Assembly (NCBI GenBank): GCA_046729675.1
Contig: JBKPGZ010000021.1
Span: 1-35,239 of the forward strand
DNA from: Gemmatimonadota bacterium
GTDB taxonomy: Bacteria; Gemmatimonadota; Gemmatimonadetes; Gemmatimonadales; GWC2-71-9
Reading direction: 5' to 3'
Length of the DNA: 35,239 nucleotides
The stretch's first letter is position 1, and each line of letters begins with the position of its first letter. A program made the translations under genes and the position numbers. Shown here piece by piece: positions 14,837 through 27,374 of this stretch. Under the pieces are notes generated by a model. It worked only from the letters and a program-made list of their open reading frames with translations. It was not told the DNA's origin and ran no database searches.

Positions 14837-16248
14837 GGGTGTCGCGAGTCCTGGCCGGGCTGGCGGTGGCCGTCGTCCTCGGCGGCTGCGTGTACTACAA
14901 CGGTATGTACAACACCAAGCGCCTCGCCAACTCCGCGCGAAAGGCGGAGCGCGACGGGCGGGCCTTCGAGGCCACCAATCTCTGGGGCCAGGTGGTCGTC
15001 CGGGCGGAGACGCTGGTCGCACGGCATCCCGACAGCAAGTACGTGGACGAGGCGCTGGTGCTGAAGGGTCTCGCGCTGTCGCGGCTCCGCCAATGCCAGG
15101 TGGCCGTCGCGCCGCTGGGCCACGTGTCGTTGCTGCCGGAGGATGCGGAGGTCGCCACCGAGGCGTCGCTCGCCCTGGGTCGCTGCCAGCTCGAGCTGGG
15201 TGATCCGGCATTGGCCGAGATCATGTTCGCCCGGGTGGCGGAGAGCGACGATTCGGTGCTCCGTCATGAGGCGAGGCTGCTGAGAGGCCGCGCGCTCCGG
15301 TTGAGCGGACGGCCAGGGGAGGCGATCGCCTCGCTCCACGGGGTCGCCGATCCGCGGGCCGGCACCGAGCGGCTGCTCGCCTTGGCGGCGGTGCACCGCC
15401 GCGACGACGCGCTCGCGCTGGCTGACTCGCTGCTCGCCGCGCGCGACACGAGCGTCAAATGGGACACGATGGCCGTGGCGCTCGGCCGCGATGATCCCTC
15501 GATCGCCTCGGGGCTCGTGGACCGGCTGGTCGCCCAGCCGGAGATGAACCCCCAAATCCGTGCTATGATGCTCCTGGACGACGGGCTGCGCCTGGAGGGC
15601 GTGGACTCCGCCCGCTCCCTGGCAAGGCTTCGACAGGCTGCCGCGCAGGAGGGGGCCGGTGACTTCCCCGAGCGCGCGCGCTATGCGCTCACCCGCCAGC
15701 ATCTCACGCGCACCGCGTCGGTGGCTGAGCTTCGAACGGTGGTCGCCGAGCTCCAGCAACGCGCCAGCGCGCGCAGCGGGATGGCGCCCGAGGCCGCTCA
15801 ACTTCGCGATCAGGTGACGCGAGTGCTGGTCGCTGTGGACTCCGCCGAGCAGGGCGCTCCCCAGGGCGACCTCCGCCTGTTCCTGGCCGCGGAGGCCGCG
15901 CGGGATTCCCTGGGAGCTCCCCGGCTGGCCGCCTCACTGTTCCGGACCCTCGTCGAGACGATGCCCGACTCCCCCTATGCCCCCAAGGCGCTCTTGGCGG
16001 GCAAGTCGCTCGACCCGGTGTGGGGCGAGTCCGTGGCCCCCCTGCTCGAGGAGCGCTACGCCTTCAGCCCGTACGTCGCGATGCTCCGGGGCGAAGAGCC
16101 GTACGGCTACCAGGAGCTGGAGGACTCGCTCCAGGGGTTTGCCCGCACCCTCGCCCCTGCCGCGTTGCCCGGCGCGCGCGGCCGCGCCGACTCAGTACCC
16201 ACCAGACCGGGTCAAGCCCCACCCCGCCGGGGCGGACTCATCCCGTGA
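14833..16248 (+). CDS. TPR-like helical lipoprotein
   Basis: Lipobox VLGGC then VYYNGMYN; PDSKYVDEAL and PDSPYAPKA TPR-like repeats; GTGA overlaps at both ends. Confidence 0.75.
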   Translation: MRVSRVLAGLAVAVVLGGCVYYNGMYNTKRLANSARKAERDGRAFEATNLWGQVVVRAETLVARHPDSKYVDEALVLKGLALSRLRQCQVAVAPLGHVSLLPEDAEVATEASLALGRCQLELGDPALAEIMFARVAESDDSVLRHEARLLRGRALRLSGRPGEAIASLHGVADPRAGTERLLALAAVHRRDDALALADSLLAARDTSVKWDTMAVALGRDDPSIASGLVDRLVAQPEMNPQIRAMMLLDDGLRLEGVDSARSLARLRQAAAQEGAGDFPERARYALTRQHLTRTASVAELRTVVAELQQRASARSGMAPEAAQLRDQVTRVLVAVDSAEQGAPQGDLRLFLAAEAARDSLGAPRLAASLFRTLVETMPDSPYAPKALLAGKSLDPVWGESVAPLLEERYAFSPYVAMLRGEEPYGYQELEDSLQGFARTLAPAALPGARGRADSVPTRPGQAPPRRGGLIP

Positions 16249-17123
16249 CGGTGGAGACCGGTCTCCCGCGAACCGTCTTCGGCCGCCACTTCCAGAATCC
16301 CATTCTCCTCGCCTCGGGCACGGCCGGCTACGGGCGCGAGCTCGCCGGCGTGATGGACCTGGAGCGGCTCGGCGGCCTGGTCACCAAGGCGGTTTCGGTA
16401 GAGCCACGCGCCGGCAACCCGCCGCCGCGCGTGGCCGAGTTCCGCGGCGGGATGCTCAACTCGGTCGGACTGGCGAATCCGGGGTTGGCCGCGGTCCGGG
16501 AGCAGCTTCTGCCATGGCTCGCGGCCAACCTGCGCCGGGCGCAGGTGCTGGTGAACGTCATCGGCTTCACGGTGGAGGAGTACGGGCAGGTGGTCGCGGG
16601 ACTGGATGGCGCGGCGGGCATGGCGGGCTTCGAGCTCAATCTCTCCTGTCCCAACACCTCGGCGGGCGGGATCGAGTTCGGCGCCAGCGCCGACTGCGTG
16701 CGGCGCATCGTGTCGCTCTGCCGGGCGCAGACGCGCCTGCCGCTCGTTGCCAAGCTCTCCCCGGTGCTCCCGGACATCGCCGGGATGGCGGTCGTCGCGC
16801 GAGACGCGGGGGCGGACGGGATCACCGTGGTGAATACGCTGCCGGGTCTGCTCCACGAGAACGGAGGTACGCCGAGGCTCGGCAACGGAAACGGTGGCGT
16901 GAGCGGACCCGCGCTGCTGCCGATCGGCGTCCTCGCCGTGGCTCGGGTGGTGGAGCGGACGGACGGGATGCCCGTCATCGGCTGCGGCGGGGTGCGGAGC
17001 GCCGAGGACGTCCGGCAGTACTTGAGGGTGGGCGCCTCCCTGGTCGCGATGGGGACGGCGGCGCTGGCCGACCCACGCCTGCCGGAGCGGATCGTGCGAG
17101 AGCTGGAGCGGACCGATGGCTGA
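16245..17123 (+). CDS. pyrD: Dihydroorotate dehydrogenase, family 1 catalytic subunit
   Basis: NPILLASGTAG, GNPPPR, MLNSVGLANPG, ELNLSCPN (catalytic Cys), KLSP, GGVSGPA, IGCGGV. Confidence 0.93.
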   Translation: MTVETGLPRTVFGRHFQNPILLASGTAGYGRELAGVMDLERLGGLVTKAVSVEPRAGNPPPRVAEFRGGMLNSVGLANPGLAAVREQLLPWLAANLRRAQVLVNVIGFTVEEYGQVVAGLDGAAGMAGFELNLSCPNTSAGGIEFGASADCVRRIVSLCRAQTRLPLVAKLSPVLPDIAGMAVVARDAGADGITVVNTLPGLLHENGGTPRLGNGNGGVSGPALLPIGVLAVARVVERTDGMPVIGCGGVRSAEDVRQYLRVGASLVAMGTAALADPRLPERIVRELERTDG

Positions 17124-17808
17124 GATCGTCCTCGCGCTGGACCTGCCCACGGCCGCCGAGGCGATGCGCCTGCTGGAGCGGATCCCGACGACGCCGTGGG
17201 TGAAGGTGGGATCCATTCTGATGACGCGCGAAGGGGCACCTCTGGTCCGCGCGCTGGTCGCGCGGGGTCACCGGGTGTTTCTCGACCTCAAGTGGCACGA
17301 CATCCCGAATACCGTGGCGGGTGCGGTTCGCGCCGCGCGCGAGCTCGGCGTCACGATGGCGACGGTGCACACCCTCGGCGGCCGGACGATGATGGAGGCG
17401 GCGACCGAGGCCGCCGGCGGCGTGCTCGAGCTGGTCGGCGTCACCGTGCTCACCTCGCACGACGAGGTGTCGTACGCCCGCGCCGTGGGGCGCGATGACG
17501 TCGTGGTGGGCGACGAGGTGGCTCGGCTCGCGGACGAGGCGGTTGCCGCGGGACTGTCCGGGGTCGTGTGCTCGCCCGCGGAGGTCGAGACGGTGCGCCG
17601 GATCCTTCCCCATGGCGCGCGGATCGTGGTGCCCGGTATTCGCGCGGAGTCCGATGCTGCCGGCGATCAGGTCCGGATCGCTACCGCCGGCGCTGCGGCG
17701 GCCGCGGGAGCCACCCATCTCGTGGTGGGTCGGCCGATCCTCCAGGCCGCCGATCCCGCCGCGACACTGGCCAGGCTGGCCGGGGAGGCCGATTGCGTGC
17801 TCTCCTGA
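17116..17808 (+). CDS. pyrF: Orotidine-5'-phosphate decarboxylase
   Basis: LALD, VKVG, FLDLKWHDIPNTV, VTVLTS, VVPGIR, DQ.R, VVGRPI. Confidence 0.95.
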   Translation: MAEIVLALDLPTAAEAMRLLERIPTTPWVKVGSILMTREGAPLVRALVARGHRVFLDLKWHDIPNTVAGAVRAARELGVTMATVHTLGGRTMMEAATEAAGGVLELVGVTVLTSHDEVSYARAVGRDDVVVGDEVARLADEAVAAGLSGVVCSPAEVETVRRILPHGARIVVPGIRAESDAAGDQVRIATAGAAAAAGATHLVVGRPILQAADPAATLARLAGEADCVLS

Positions 17809-18209
17809 TCTCCCTCTGGATGCTCCTCTGGCCCGCGCTGGGCGGTGCGCAACAGATGCAGTTGGAGGCAGCGGCGGAGAGCGCCCGGCAGGCGTGGTTC
17901 GAGCACGATGCGCGGGCCCTGGTGGCGGACGCGCCGCGACTCCTGGTTCAGCTCCCCGGGGCGGATCCGTCCATCGCCCTGGGCCCGGCGCAGGCGGCCG
18001 CGCTGCTCACGGATTACATGGTCCAGGGCGAGGAGGTGGAGACGGTGGTTCGCGCGGCGCGGGAGGTCGAGCCGGGGCGGGGGTACGTGGAGCTGCAGCG
18101 GAGCTATCGCATCGCCGGGACGCAGGACGTGCGCACCCAGAGCCTGCTGCTGGGATACCGCCTGCTCAGCACCGGATGGCGGCTGGTCGAGCTCAGGATC
18201 GTGGGGTGA
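17793..18209 (+). CDS. Hypothetical secreted protein (possibly NTF2-like)
   Basis: TTG start after GGGGAGG; signal-like MRALLISLWMLLWPALGGA; C-terminal WRLVELRI beta strand. Confidence 0.6.
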   Translation: MRALLISLWMLLWPALGGAQQMQLEAAAESARQAWFEHDARALVADAPRLLVQLPGADPSIALGPAQAAALLTDYMVQGEEVETVVRAAREVEPGRGYVELQRSYRIAGTQDVRTQSLLLGYRLLSTGWRLVELRIVG

Positions 18210-18268
18210 TGGTGCCGGAGATCGCCCGGCCCGGGCGGTGGCAGCCTAACCTCACCCACTCCCCGCAC

Positions 18269-18297
18269 TTGCACCCCCTCCGGACCCTCCGTATATT
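18269..18297 (+). promoter_or_regulatory. Sigma70-type promoter of rpmJ-rplQ operon
   Basis: TTGCAC-17 nt-TATATT followed by GC-rich discriminator GCCCTG. Confidence 0.75.
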
Positions 18298-18332
18298 GCC
18301 CTGCTAGCCCTTAACCGGCCCGGAGAAGCAGC

Positions 18333-18449
18333 GTGAAGGTTCGTTCCAGCGTCAAGCCGATCTGCGAGCACTGCAAAGTCGTCAAGCGTGCAGGCGTCAC
18401 TCGCATCATCTGCAAGCGCAATCCCAAGCACAAGCAGCGGCAAGGCTGA
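18333..18449 (+). CDS. rpmJ: 50S ribosomal protein L36 (Zn-binding form; below ORF-track cutoff)
   Basis: Manual translation [38 protein letters not shown]; GGAG RBS. Confidence 0.97.
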   Translation: MKVRSSVKPICEHCKVVKRAGVTRIICKRNPKHKQRQG

Positions 18450-18451
18450 TC

Positions 18452-18832
18452 ATGGCGCGTATCGCAGGCGTGGATCTCCCGCGCGAGAAGCGGGTCGAGA
18501 TCGCGCTCACCTACATTTTCGGCATCGGCAGGCCCACCAGCAGCCGCATCCTCGGTGAGACCGGCGTCAACCCCGACACCCGGGTCCGCGATCTCTCGGA
18601 CGCCGAGGTCGCCCGGCTCCGCCAGATGATCGAGCGCTCGGTCAAGGTGGAGGGTGCGCTCCGCACCGAAGTCGCCATGAACATCAAGCGGCTGATGGAT
18701 ATCGGCAGCTACCGCGGCATCCGCCACCGGCGGGGCCTGCCGGTCCGCGGCCAGCGCACCCACACCAACGCGCGCACCAAGAAGGGGCCGCGTCGGGCCA
18801 TCGCCGGCAAGAAGAAAGTGACCAAGAAGTAA
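18452..18832 (+). CDS. rpsM: 30S ribosomal protein S13
   Basis: [42 protein letters not shown]. Confidence 0.98.
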   Translation: MARIAGVDLPREKRVEIALTYIFGIGRPTSSRILGETGVNPDTRVRDLSDAEVARLRQMIERSVKVEGALRTEVAMNIKRLMDIGSYRGIRHRRGLPVRGQRTHTNARTKKGPRRAIAGKKKVTKK

Positions 18833-19258
18833 ATGACCGCTCCTACGACTGCTCCCGCCGCCCCCACCGCGCCCGCCAAGGCGCCGGGCGCCAAGCGCGG
18901 CAAGAAGGTCGTCGAGTCCGAGGGCATTGCCCACATCTCGGCGACGTTCAACAACCTGCTCATCACCATCACCGACATGCGGGGCAACGCGCTCGCGTGG
19001 GGATCGGCGGGCAAGGCCGGGTTCAAGGGGTCCAAGAAGTCCACCCCGTTCGCCGCCACCGTCGCCGCCGAGAACTGCGGCCGCGAGGCGATGAACCTCG
19101 GGCTCCGCCGGGTGCACGTGCGGGTGCAGGGTCCGGGCAGCGGCCGCGAGTCCGCCATCCAGGCGCTCGCCTCGGTCGGGCTCCGCGTGGTGTCCATCCG
19201 CGACGTCACGCCGATCCCGCACAACGGCTGCCGCCCGCCCAAGAAGCGCCGGGTCTAG
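18833..19258 (+). CDS. rpsK: 30S ribosomal protein S11
   Basis: [50 protein letters not shown]; Pro/Ala-rich N-terminal extension. Confidence 0.98.
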   Translation: MTAPTTAPAAPTAPAKAPGAKRGKKVVESEGIAHISATFNNLLITITDMRGNALAWGSAGKAGFKGSKKSTPFAATVAAENCGREAMNLGLRRVHVRVQGPGSGRESAIQALASVGLRVVSIRDVTPIPHNGCRPPKKRRV

Positions 19259-19280
19259 AGAACCCTTGACTGACGGTACC

Positions 19281-20336
19281 ATGACCATTGATCTGACCGG
19301 GTTGGTGCGCCCGCATCTCGTCGAGATGACGAAGCGCGACGACAACCCCAACGCCGCCGAGTTCCGCCTCCAGCCGCTGGAGCGGGGCTTCGGCTACACC
19401 CTCGGCAATTCGCTCCGCCGGCTGCTCCTCTCCTCGCTGCGCGGCAGCGCGGTCTGGGGCTTCCGCCTCGACGGGGTGGTGCACGAGCACCAGACCGTCC
19501 AGGGCGTGCTGGAGGACGTCCACCAGATCGTGCAGCGGCTCAAGTCGCTTACCCTGGTGCTCTCGCCCGACGTGGACGACGCGGTCCTCCACATCCGGCG
19601 CGAAGGCGCGGGCCCGGTGTATGCCCGCGACATCCAGGAACACGGCTCCGTCACCATCAAGAACCCGGACCACCTCCTGTTCACGCTCCAGGACGACCGC
19701 GACGTCAGCATGGAGCTGTACGTGAACAAGGGCCGCGGCTACGTGGAGGCCGAAATGCACCCGGCCGACCGGTCGCTCCCGGTGGACCTGGTCCGCATCG
19801 ACGCGATCTACAATCCGGTCCGGCGCGCCAACTTCGCGGTGGCCGAGACCCGCGTCGGCCAGCGCACCGACTACGACCGGCTCACGGTCCAGGTCGAGAC
19901 CAACGGCACCATCACCCCGGAAGACGCGATCGCCTACGCGGCTGCCCTCGCCCAGGTCCACTTCCAGTACTTCGTGGATTTCGGCAAGGTGCCCACCGTG
20001 CGGGACAGCGGCGCCGCCCAGCCGGCGGCGGGCGGCAGCAACCTGCGCCAGCGGCTCAGCCGGCCGATCGACGACTTTGGGCTCTCGGTCCGTTCCCTCA
20101 ATTCGCTCAAGAACTCGAACATCCGGACCCTCAAGGACCTGGTCGAGTTCTCCGAGGACGACCTGCTGAAGGTCAAGAACGTGGGCGAGAAGGCGCTGAG
20201 CGAGATCGCCGAGCTGCTCCAGCGCGAGGGGCTCAACTTCGGGATGGGCTTCGAGGAGACCGATGGCGAGCTGCGCGTGGTGCGGCCCGGCGTCGCCCCG
20301 ATGGCGCAGCCCTCCGCGGGCACCGGGGAGGTCTGA
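19281..20336 (+). CDS. rpoA: RNA polymerase alpha subunit
   Basis: PLERGFGYTLGNSLRRLLLSS, GRGYV, DAIYNPV, RVGQRTDYDRL, CTD LSVRSLNSLK...KNVGEKAL. Confidence 0.97.
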   Translation: MTIDLTGLVRPHLVEMTKRDDNPNAAEFRLQPLERGFGYTLGNSLRRLLLSSLRGSAVWGFRLDGVVHEHQTVQGVLEDVHQIVQRLKSLTLVLSPDVDDAVLHIRREGAGPVYARDIQEHGSVTIKNPDHLLFTLQDDRDVSMELYVNKGRGYVEAEMHPADRSLPVDLVRIDAIYNPVRRANFAVAETRVGQRTDYDRLTVQVETNGTITPEDAIAYAAALAQVHFQYFVDFGKVPTVRDSGAAQPAAGGSNLRQRLSRPIDDFGLSVRSLNSLKNSNIRTLKDLVEFSEDDLLKVKNVGEKALSEIAELLQREGLNFGMGFEETDGELRVVRPGVAPMAQPSAGTGEV

Positions 20337-20337
20337 C

Positions 20338-20694
20338 GTGCGTCACCGCGCCAAGGGCCGCCAGCTCTCCCGCACCTCCAGCCACAAGCGGGCGTTGCTC
20401 AACAATATGGCGGCGAGCCTGTTCGCACACGGGCGAGTGATCACCACCGAGGCCAAGGCCAAGGAGCTCCGGCCGTTCGCCGAGAAGCTGATCACCCTCG
20501 CGCGGCGCGGCGACCTGCACGCCCGGCGGCTGGTCGAGCGGCGCATCAAGGACCGCGACACCCTGGGCAAGCTGTTCAGCGAGATCGGTCCGCGTTTCGC
20601 GGCGCGGCCCGGCGGCTACACCCGCATCCTCAAGATGGGGCACCGGCCCGGCGACGGGGCGGATATCGCCCGGATCGAGTTGCTCTCCGAGTGA
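20338..20694 (+). CDS. rplQ: 50S ribosomal protein L17
   Basis: MRHRAKGRQLSRTSSHKRALL, TTEAKAKELR, RPGGYTRILK. Confidence 0.98.
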   Translation: MRHRAKGRQLSRTSSHKRALLNNMAASLFAHGRVITTEAKAKELRPFAEKLITLARRGDLHARRLVERRIKDRDTLGKLFSEIGPRFAARPGGYTRILKMGHRPGDGADIARIELLSE

Positions 20695-20723
20695 CCGGCG
20701 CGTGCCGGGAGGCCCAAACGATG

Positions 20724-20753
20724 AAGGGGACCCGATCGGGTCCCCTTTTTCTT
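20724..20753 (+). terminator. Rho-independent terminator after rplQ
   Basis: AAGGGGACCC-GATC-GGGTCCCCTT followed by TTTCTT. Confidence 0.85.
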
Positions 20754-20761
20754 AATTGGCT

Positions 20762-20824
20762 CCCTGAACGAAGTGAAGGGGACCATATCGAGCATGCCCC
20801 CCTTCGCGTTGCTCAGGGTGACAG
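20762..20824. repeat. REP-like palindromic element, copy 3 (degenerate)
   Basis: CCCTGAACGAAGTGAAGGGG...CCCCTTCGCGTTGCTCAGGGTGACAG; same subtype as 5107-5174; between convergent rplQ and rpmB. Confidence 0.8.
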
Positions 20825-20831
20825 CGGTGGG

Positions 20832-21044
20832 TCAGGCCGCGGGCACAGGCGTCCGGGGGGCCTTCACCACCCGGTTACTCTTCAGGCACTGCGTGCATAC
20901 CCGCACTCGCTTCGGCGACCCTTCGACCAGGACGCGGACGGTCTGCAGATTCGGGTACCAGCGGCGCTTGGTTCGGTTGTTGGCGTGGCTGACATTGTTG
21001 CCGGTGACCGGCCCCTTGCCGCACACGGTGCAGACCCGCGCCAT
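20832..21044 (-). CDS. rpmB: 50S ribosomal protein L28 (Zn-binding form)
   Basis: [10 protein letters not shown]...[20 protein letters not shown]...VCTQCLK; GGAG RBS. Confidence 0.97.
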   Translation of the reverse strand: MARVCTVCGKGPVTGNNVSHANNRTKRRWYPNLQTVRVLVEGSPKRVRVCTQCLKSNRVVKAPRTPVPAA

Positions 21045-21110
21045 AGCTCCATCCTTACGTTTTGCGTTTCGTTTGCGCTGCGTCGTACTGCGATACGCCG
21101 GAAACCTACA

Positions 21111-23048
<1,938 letters not shown>

Positions 23049-23065
<17 letters not shown>

Positions 23066-26000
23066 CCTGGAAACGATCCTCCTCATCGGCTCGGGCCCGA
23101 TCGTGATCGGGCAGGGGGCCGAGTTCGACTACTCCGGCACCCAGGCGGTGCGCGCGCTCAAGGAGGAGGGTTACCGGGTCGTCCTGGTCAATTCCAATCC
23201 CGCCACCATCATGACCGATCCGGAGCTGGCCGACCGCACTTACATCGAGCCGGTGACGGCGGAGTGGGTCGCCAAGGTGATCGAGCGGGAGCGGCCCGAC
23301 GCCCTCCTGCCCACCATGGGCGGCCAGACCGCGCTGAACGTGGCGATGGCGCTGGAGCGCGACGGCACCCTGGCCCGGTTCGGGGTGGAGCTGATCGGCG
23401 CCAACGAGCGCGCCATCCGGACGGCGGAGGACCGCGAGGAGTTCGCGGCGGCGATGCGGCGGATCGGCCTCGCTACGCCCCAGGGTCGCACCGTGCGGAG
23501 CGTGGAGGAGGGGCTCGCCACGGTGGAGGAGATCGGCTACCCGGCGATCCTCCGGCCCTCGTTCACCCTGGGCGGAACCGGCGGCGGCATCGCGTACAAC
23601 CTGGACGACTTCGAGACGATGCTGCAGGGGGCGCTGGATCTGTCTCCGGTGCACTCGGTGCTGGTGGAACGCAGCGTCATCGGGTGGAAAGAGTACGAGC
23701 TCGAGGTGATGCGCGACGGGGCCGACAACGTGGTGGTCGTCTGCTCCATCGAGAACCTGGACCCCATGGGGGTGCACACCGGCGACTCGATCACCGTGGC
23801 CCCCGCCATGACGCTCACCGACCGTGAGTACCAGGTCATGCGCGACTCGGCGATCCGGATCATCCGCGAGATCGGCGTGGCGGCCGGGGGATGCAACATC
23901 CAGTTCGCGGTGGACCCCGCCACCGGCGAGCAGCTGGTGATCGAGATGAACCCGCGGGTCAGCCGCTCCTCCGCGCTGGCGTCCAAGGCGACCGGGTTCC
24001 CCATCGCGCGCATCGGCACCAAGGTGGCGGTGGGCTACCGGCTGGACGAGCTGCCCAACGACATCACCCGTACCACGCCGGCCTCGTTCGAGCCGGTGTT
24101 GGACTACGTGGTGGTGAAGATCCCACGCTTCGCCTTCGAGAAGTTCCCCGCCGCCGACCCGACGCTCACCACCCAGATGAAGTCGGTGGGCGAGGTGATG
24201 GCGATCGGCCGCACGTTCAAGGAGGCCTTCCAGAAGGGCCTGCGCGGACTGGAGGCCGATCGCTCGGGGTGGACGGTCGGAGCCACGCCGGCGGACGACC
24301 GGCTGCCGGACGAGTCGCTCGAGAGCGCGCTGGTCGCGGTGCGGACGCCGACGCCCGAGCGGATCTTCCAGATCAAGCGCGCGCTGCGACTGGGCGCCTC
24401 GGTGGACGCGATCGCCGAGCGGAGCGGCATCGATCCCTGGTTCCTGCATCAGATGCGGGAGCTGATGGAGGCGGAGGCTGAGTGGACGGACCGACGGACC
24501 GACGGACCGGCGGACCGCAACGGTGACGGTCAGACGTCGCTCATGCGGAAGATGAAGCGGCTGGGGTTCTCCGATCGACAACTGGCGGATCTGCGCGGCA
24601 CGAGCGAGGCCGAGATTCGCGCGCTGCGGCACCGGCTCGGGGTGCGGCCGGCGTACAAGGTGGTGGATACCTGCGCCGGCGAATTTCCCTCGTCCACGCC
24701 CTACCTCTACTCGTCGTACAACGAGGAGAACGAGGCGAGGGGTGCCGGCGACCGTACCGTGGTGATCCTCGGCAGCGGGCCCAACCGGATCGGGCAGGGG
24801 GTGGAGTTCGACTACCTCTGCGTCCGGGCGGCGATGGCGTTCCGGGAGATGGGCTTCCGCACCGTGATGGTGAACTCCAACCCGGAGACCGTCTCCACCG
24901 ACTTCGACATCTCGGACGTGCTCTACTTCGAGCCGCTCACGCTGGAGGACGTGCTGGAGATCGTCCACGTGGAACGGCCGTACGGCGTGGTGGTGCAGCT
25001 CGGCGGGCAGACGCCCCTCCGGCTGGCGCGGGCGCTGGAGAAGGAGGGCGTCCGCATCCTTGGCACCTCGCCCGAGGCGATCGACCTGGCGGAGGACCGC
25101 GGCCGCTTCGAGGCGCTCACCCGCGAGCTCGGCGTGGCGCAGCCGCCCCGCGGCGTCGCCAAATCGGTGGAGGAGGCGCTCGCCGTGGCGGGCCGGATCG
25201 GCTACCCGGTACTGGTGCGGCCCTCCTACGTGCTCGGCGGCCGCGCCATGGAGATCGTCTACGACGACGGCTCGCTCCGGAGCTACTTCGCCCGCGCCGC
25301 CCGGGTGGCGCCCGAGCATCCGGTGCTGATCGACAGCTTCCTGGAGGACGCCTTCGAGGCCGACGTGGACGCGATCGCGGACGGCACCCGGTGCGTCATC
25401 GGCGGGGTGATGCAGCACATCGAGGACGCCGGCATCCACTCGGGCGACTCCGCCTGCGTGCTGCCGCCGTACCTGATCACCGAGCCGCAGGTCGAGGAGA
25501 TGCGGAGGTACACCCGCGCCTTCGCCGAGCGGCTCGGTGTGGTGGGCCTGATCAACGTGCAGTATGCGATCAAGAACGGCGTGGTGTACGTGCTGGAGGT
25601 AAACCCGAGGGGCTCGCGCACGGTACCCTTCGTCTCCAAGACCACCGGCGTGCCGCTGGCGTCGCTCGCGGCGGCGGTGATGGCGGGCCGCAGCCTCGAG
25701 GAGCTGGGCCTCCAGGATGATGTGCTCCAACCCTACGTCGCGGTGAAGGAGGCGGTGTTCCCCTTCACCAAGCTGGCCGGTGTAGACCTGGTGCTCGGCC
25801 CCGAGATGCGCTCCACCGGTGAGGTCATGGGCATCGCCGACTCGTTCGGGATGGCGTTCGCCAAGGCCCAGATCTCCGCCGATGGGGCGCTCCCGCTCGA
25901 GGGCGGCGCGTTCCTGACGGTGAACGACCACGACAAGGCCAACCTGGTCCCGATCGCGCGCCGCTTCCACGGACTCGGCTTCCGCCTCTTCGCCACCGAG

Positions 26001-26327
26001 GGCACGGCGCGCTATCTGCGCGCCCGCGGCATCCCCGCGGAGCGGGTGCTCAAGGTGCACGAAGGCCGGCCCAACGCAATCGATCTCCTGGTGTCGGATC
26101 GGATCCAGCTCCTCATCAACACGCCGCTCGGCAAGCTGACCCAGCAGGACGACTACGCCATCCGGCGGGCCGCCCTCCAGCACCGGGTGCCCTACACCAC
26201 GACACTCTCCGCCGCGTCCGCAGCCTGCGACGCGATCATCGCCCTCCGAAGCCGTGCGGGCGAGGTGCGCTCTCTCCAGGAGTGGCACGTGCTCGCCCGC
26301 GAGATGTCCCCCGAGTGGACCGGCTGA
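23049..26327 (+). CDS. carB: Carbamoyl-phosphate synthase large subunit
   Basis: [79 protein letters not shown]-terminal MGS domain. Confidence 0.98.
24485..24516 (+). repeat. Tandem 8-mer (GACGGACC)x3 + GGCGGACC inside carB
   Basis: Directly visible; encodes part of [12 protein letters not shown]. Confidence 0.75.
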
Positions 26328-27298
26328 CGGCGCGCGATCCGGCATTCGCGGCCGCCGTCCGCGGCGCGATCCGGGGGCTGGTCCGTGAGTCGGAGGCGCT
26401 GGCGCGGTACTCGACCTACCGCATCGGCGGGCCGGCCACGGTCGTGCTGCCCGCGTCGGCGGAAGACGTCGGCACGGCGGTGCGGATGGCCCACGAGGCC
26501 GGCATCCCCTGGTTCGCCCTGGGGCTGGGGTCGAACATCCTGCTGCCGGATGAGGGGCTGGACGCGCTGGTGATCCGACTCGGAAAGGGGATGGACCGCC
26601 TGGACCGCGACGGCGACCGCTGGCTGATCGGCGCGGGGCTGCCGGCGCCGCTCGCCGCCCGGCGGACGGCGGCCGCTGGCTACGCCGGGCTCCACATCTT
26701 CGTCGGCGTGCCCGGGACCGTGGGCGGCGGTGTGTACATGAACGCTGGCTGCCACGGCGGCGACTGGTCCGAGGTGGTGGAAACGGTGACGGTGGTGGAC
26801 GCGTCGGGGCAGGACGCCGTGCTTCCCCGCGCCGAGGTGCCCTTCACCTACCGGTGGAGCGGCCTTGACGGACGGGTCGTGGTGGAGACCGCGGTCCGGC
26901 TCCGGCCGGCGGAGCAGCGCCACCTCGACGAGGAGATCGCCGAGATGTTCGACTGGCGCCAGCGGGGCACGCCCTTCAACCAGCCCTGCTGCGGCAGCGT
27001 GTTCAAGAACCCGCACGGGCCGAGCTGGAAGAAGGAGGGCGGGCCCCGAACGGCCGGGCAGCTGATCGAGGCGGCGGGCCTCAAGGGCTTCCGCGTCGGC
27101 GGCGCGGAGGTGTCCCCAATGCACGCCAACTACTTCGTGAACACCGGCAGTGCCACCGCGGCGGACGTGCGGGGGCTCATCGTCCGGGTCCAGGGGCGGG
27201 TGGAGCAGGAGTTCGGGGCGCGGCTGGAGCCGGAGGTCAAGATCATTGGTCGGCGGGGGGAGTACGTGGACTTGAACAGCGGGAAAGGTGAACAGTGA
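26315..27298 (+). CDS. murB: UDP-N-acetylenolpyruvoylglucosamine reductase
   Basis: [64 protein letters not shown]; start approximate. Confidence 0.95.
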   Translation: MDRLTARDPAFAAAVRGAIRGLVRESEALARYSTYRIGGPATVVLPASAEDVGTAVRMAHEAGIPWFALGLGSNILLPDEGLDALVIRLGKGMDRLDRDGDRWLIGAGLPAPLAARRTAAAGYAGLHIFVGVPGTVGGGVYMNAGCHGGDWSEVVETVTVVDASGQDAVLPRAEVPFTYRWSGLDGRVVVETAVRLRPAEQRHLDEEIAEMFDWRQRGTPFNQPCCGSVFKNPHGPSWKKEGGPRTAGQLIEAAGLKGFRVGGAEVSPMHANYFVNTGSATAADVRGLIVRVQGRVEQEFGARLEPEVKIIGRRGEYVDLNSGKGEQ

Positions 27299-27360
27299 AA
27301 GGTGAGAAGGGGGATCGACCGCCCGTTTCACCTTTCACTTTTCACTTTTCCCGCTGTTCA
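27273..27360. repeat. Long inverted repeat built of heptamer (GTGAAAR-like) units
   Basis: 33-nt arms 27273-27305 and 27328-27360 pair at 31/33; murB stop lies in the left arm. Confidence 0.88.
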
Positions 27361-27374
27361 TGACCGGACCTTTC

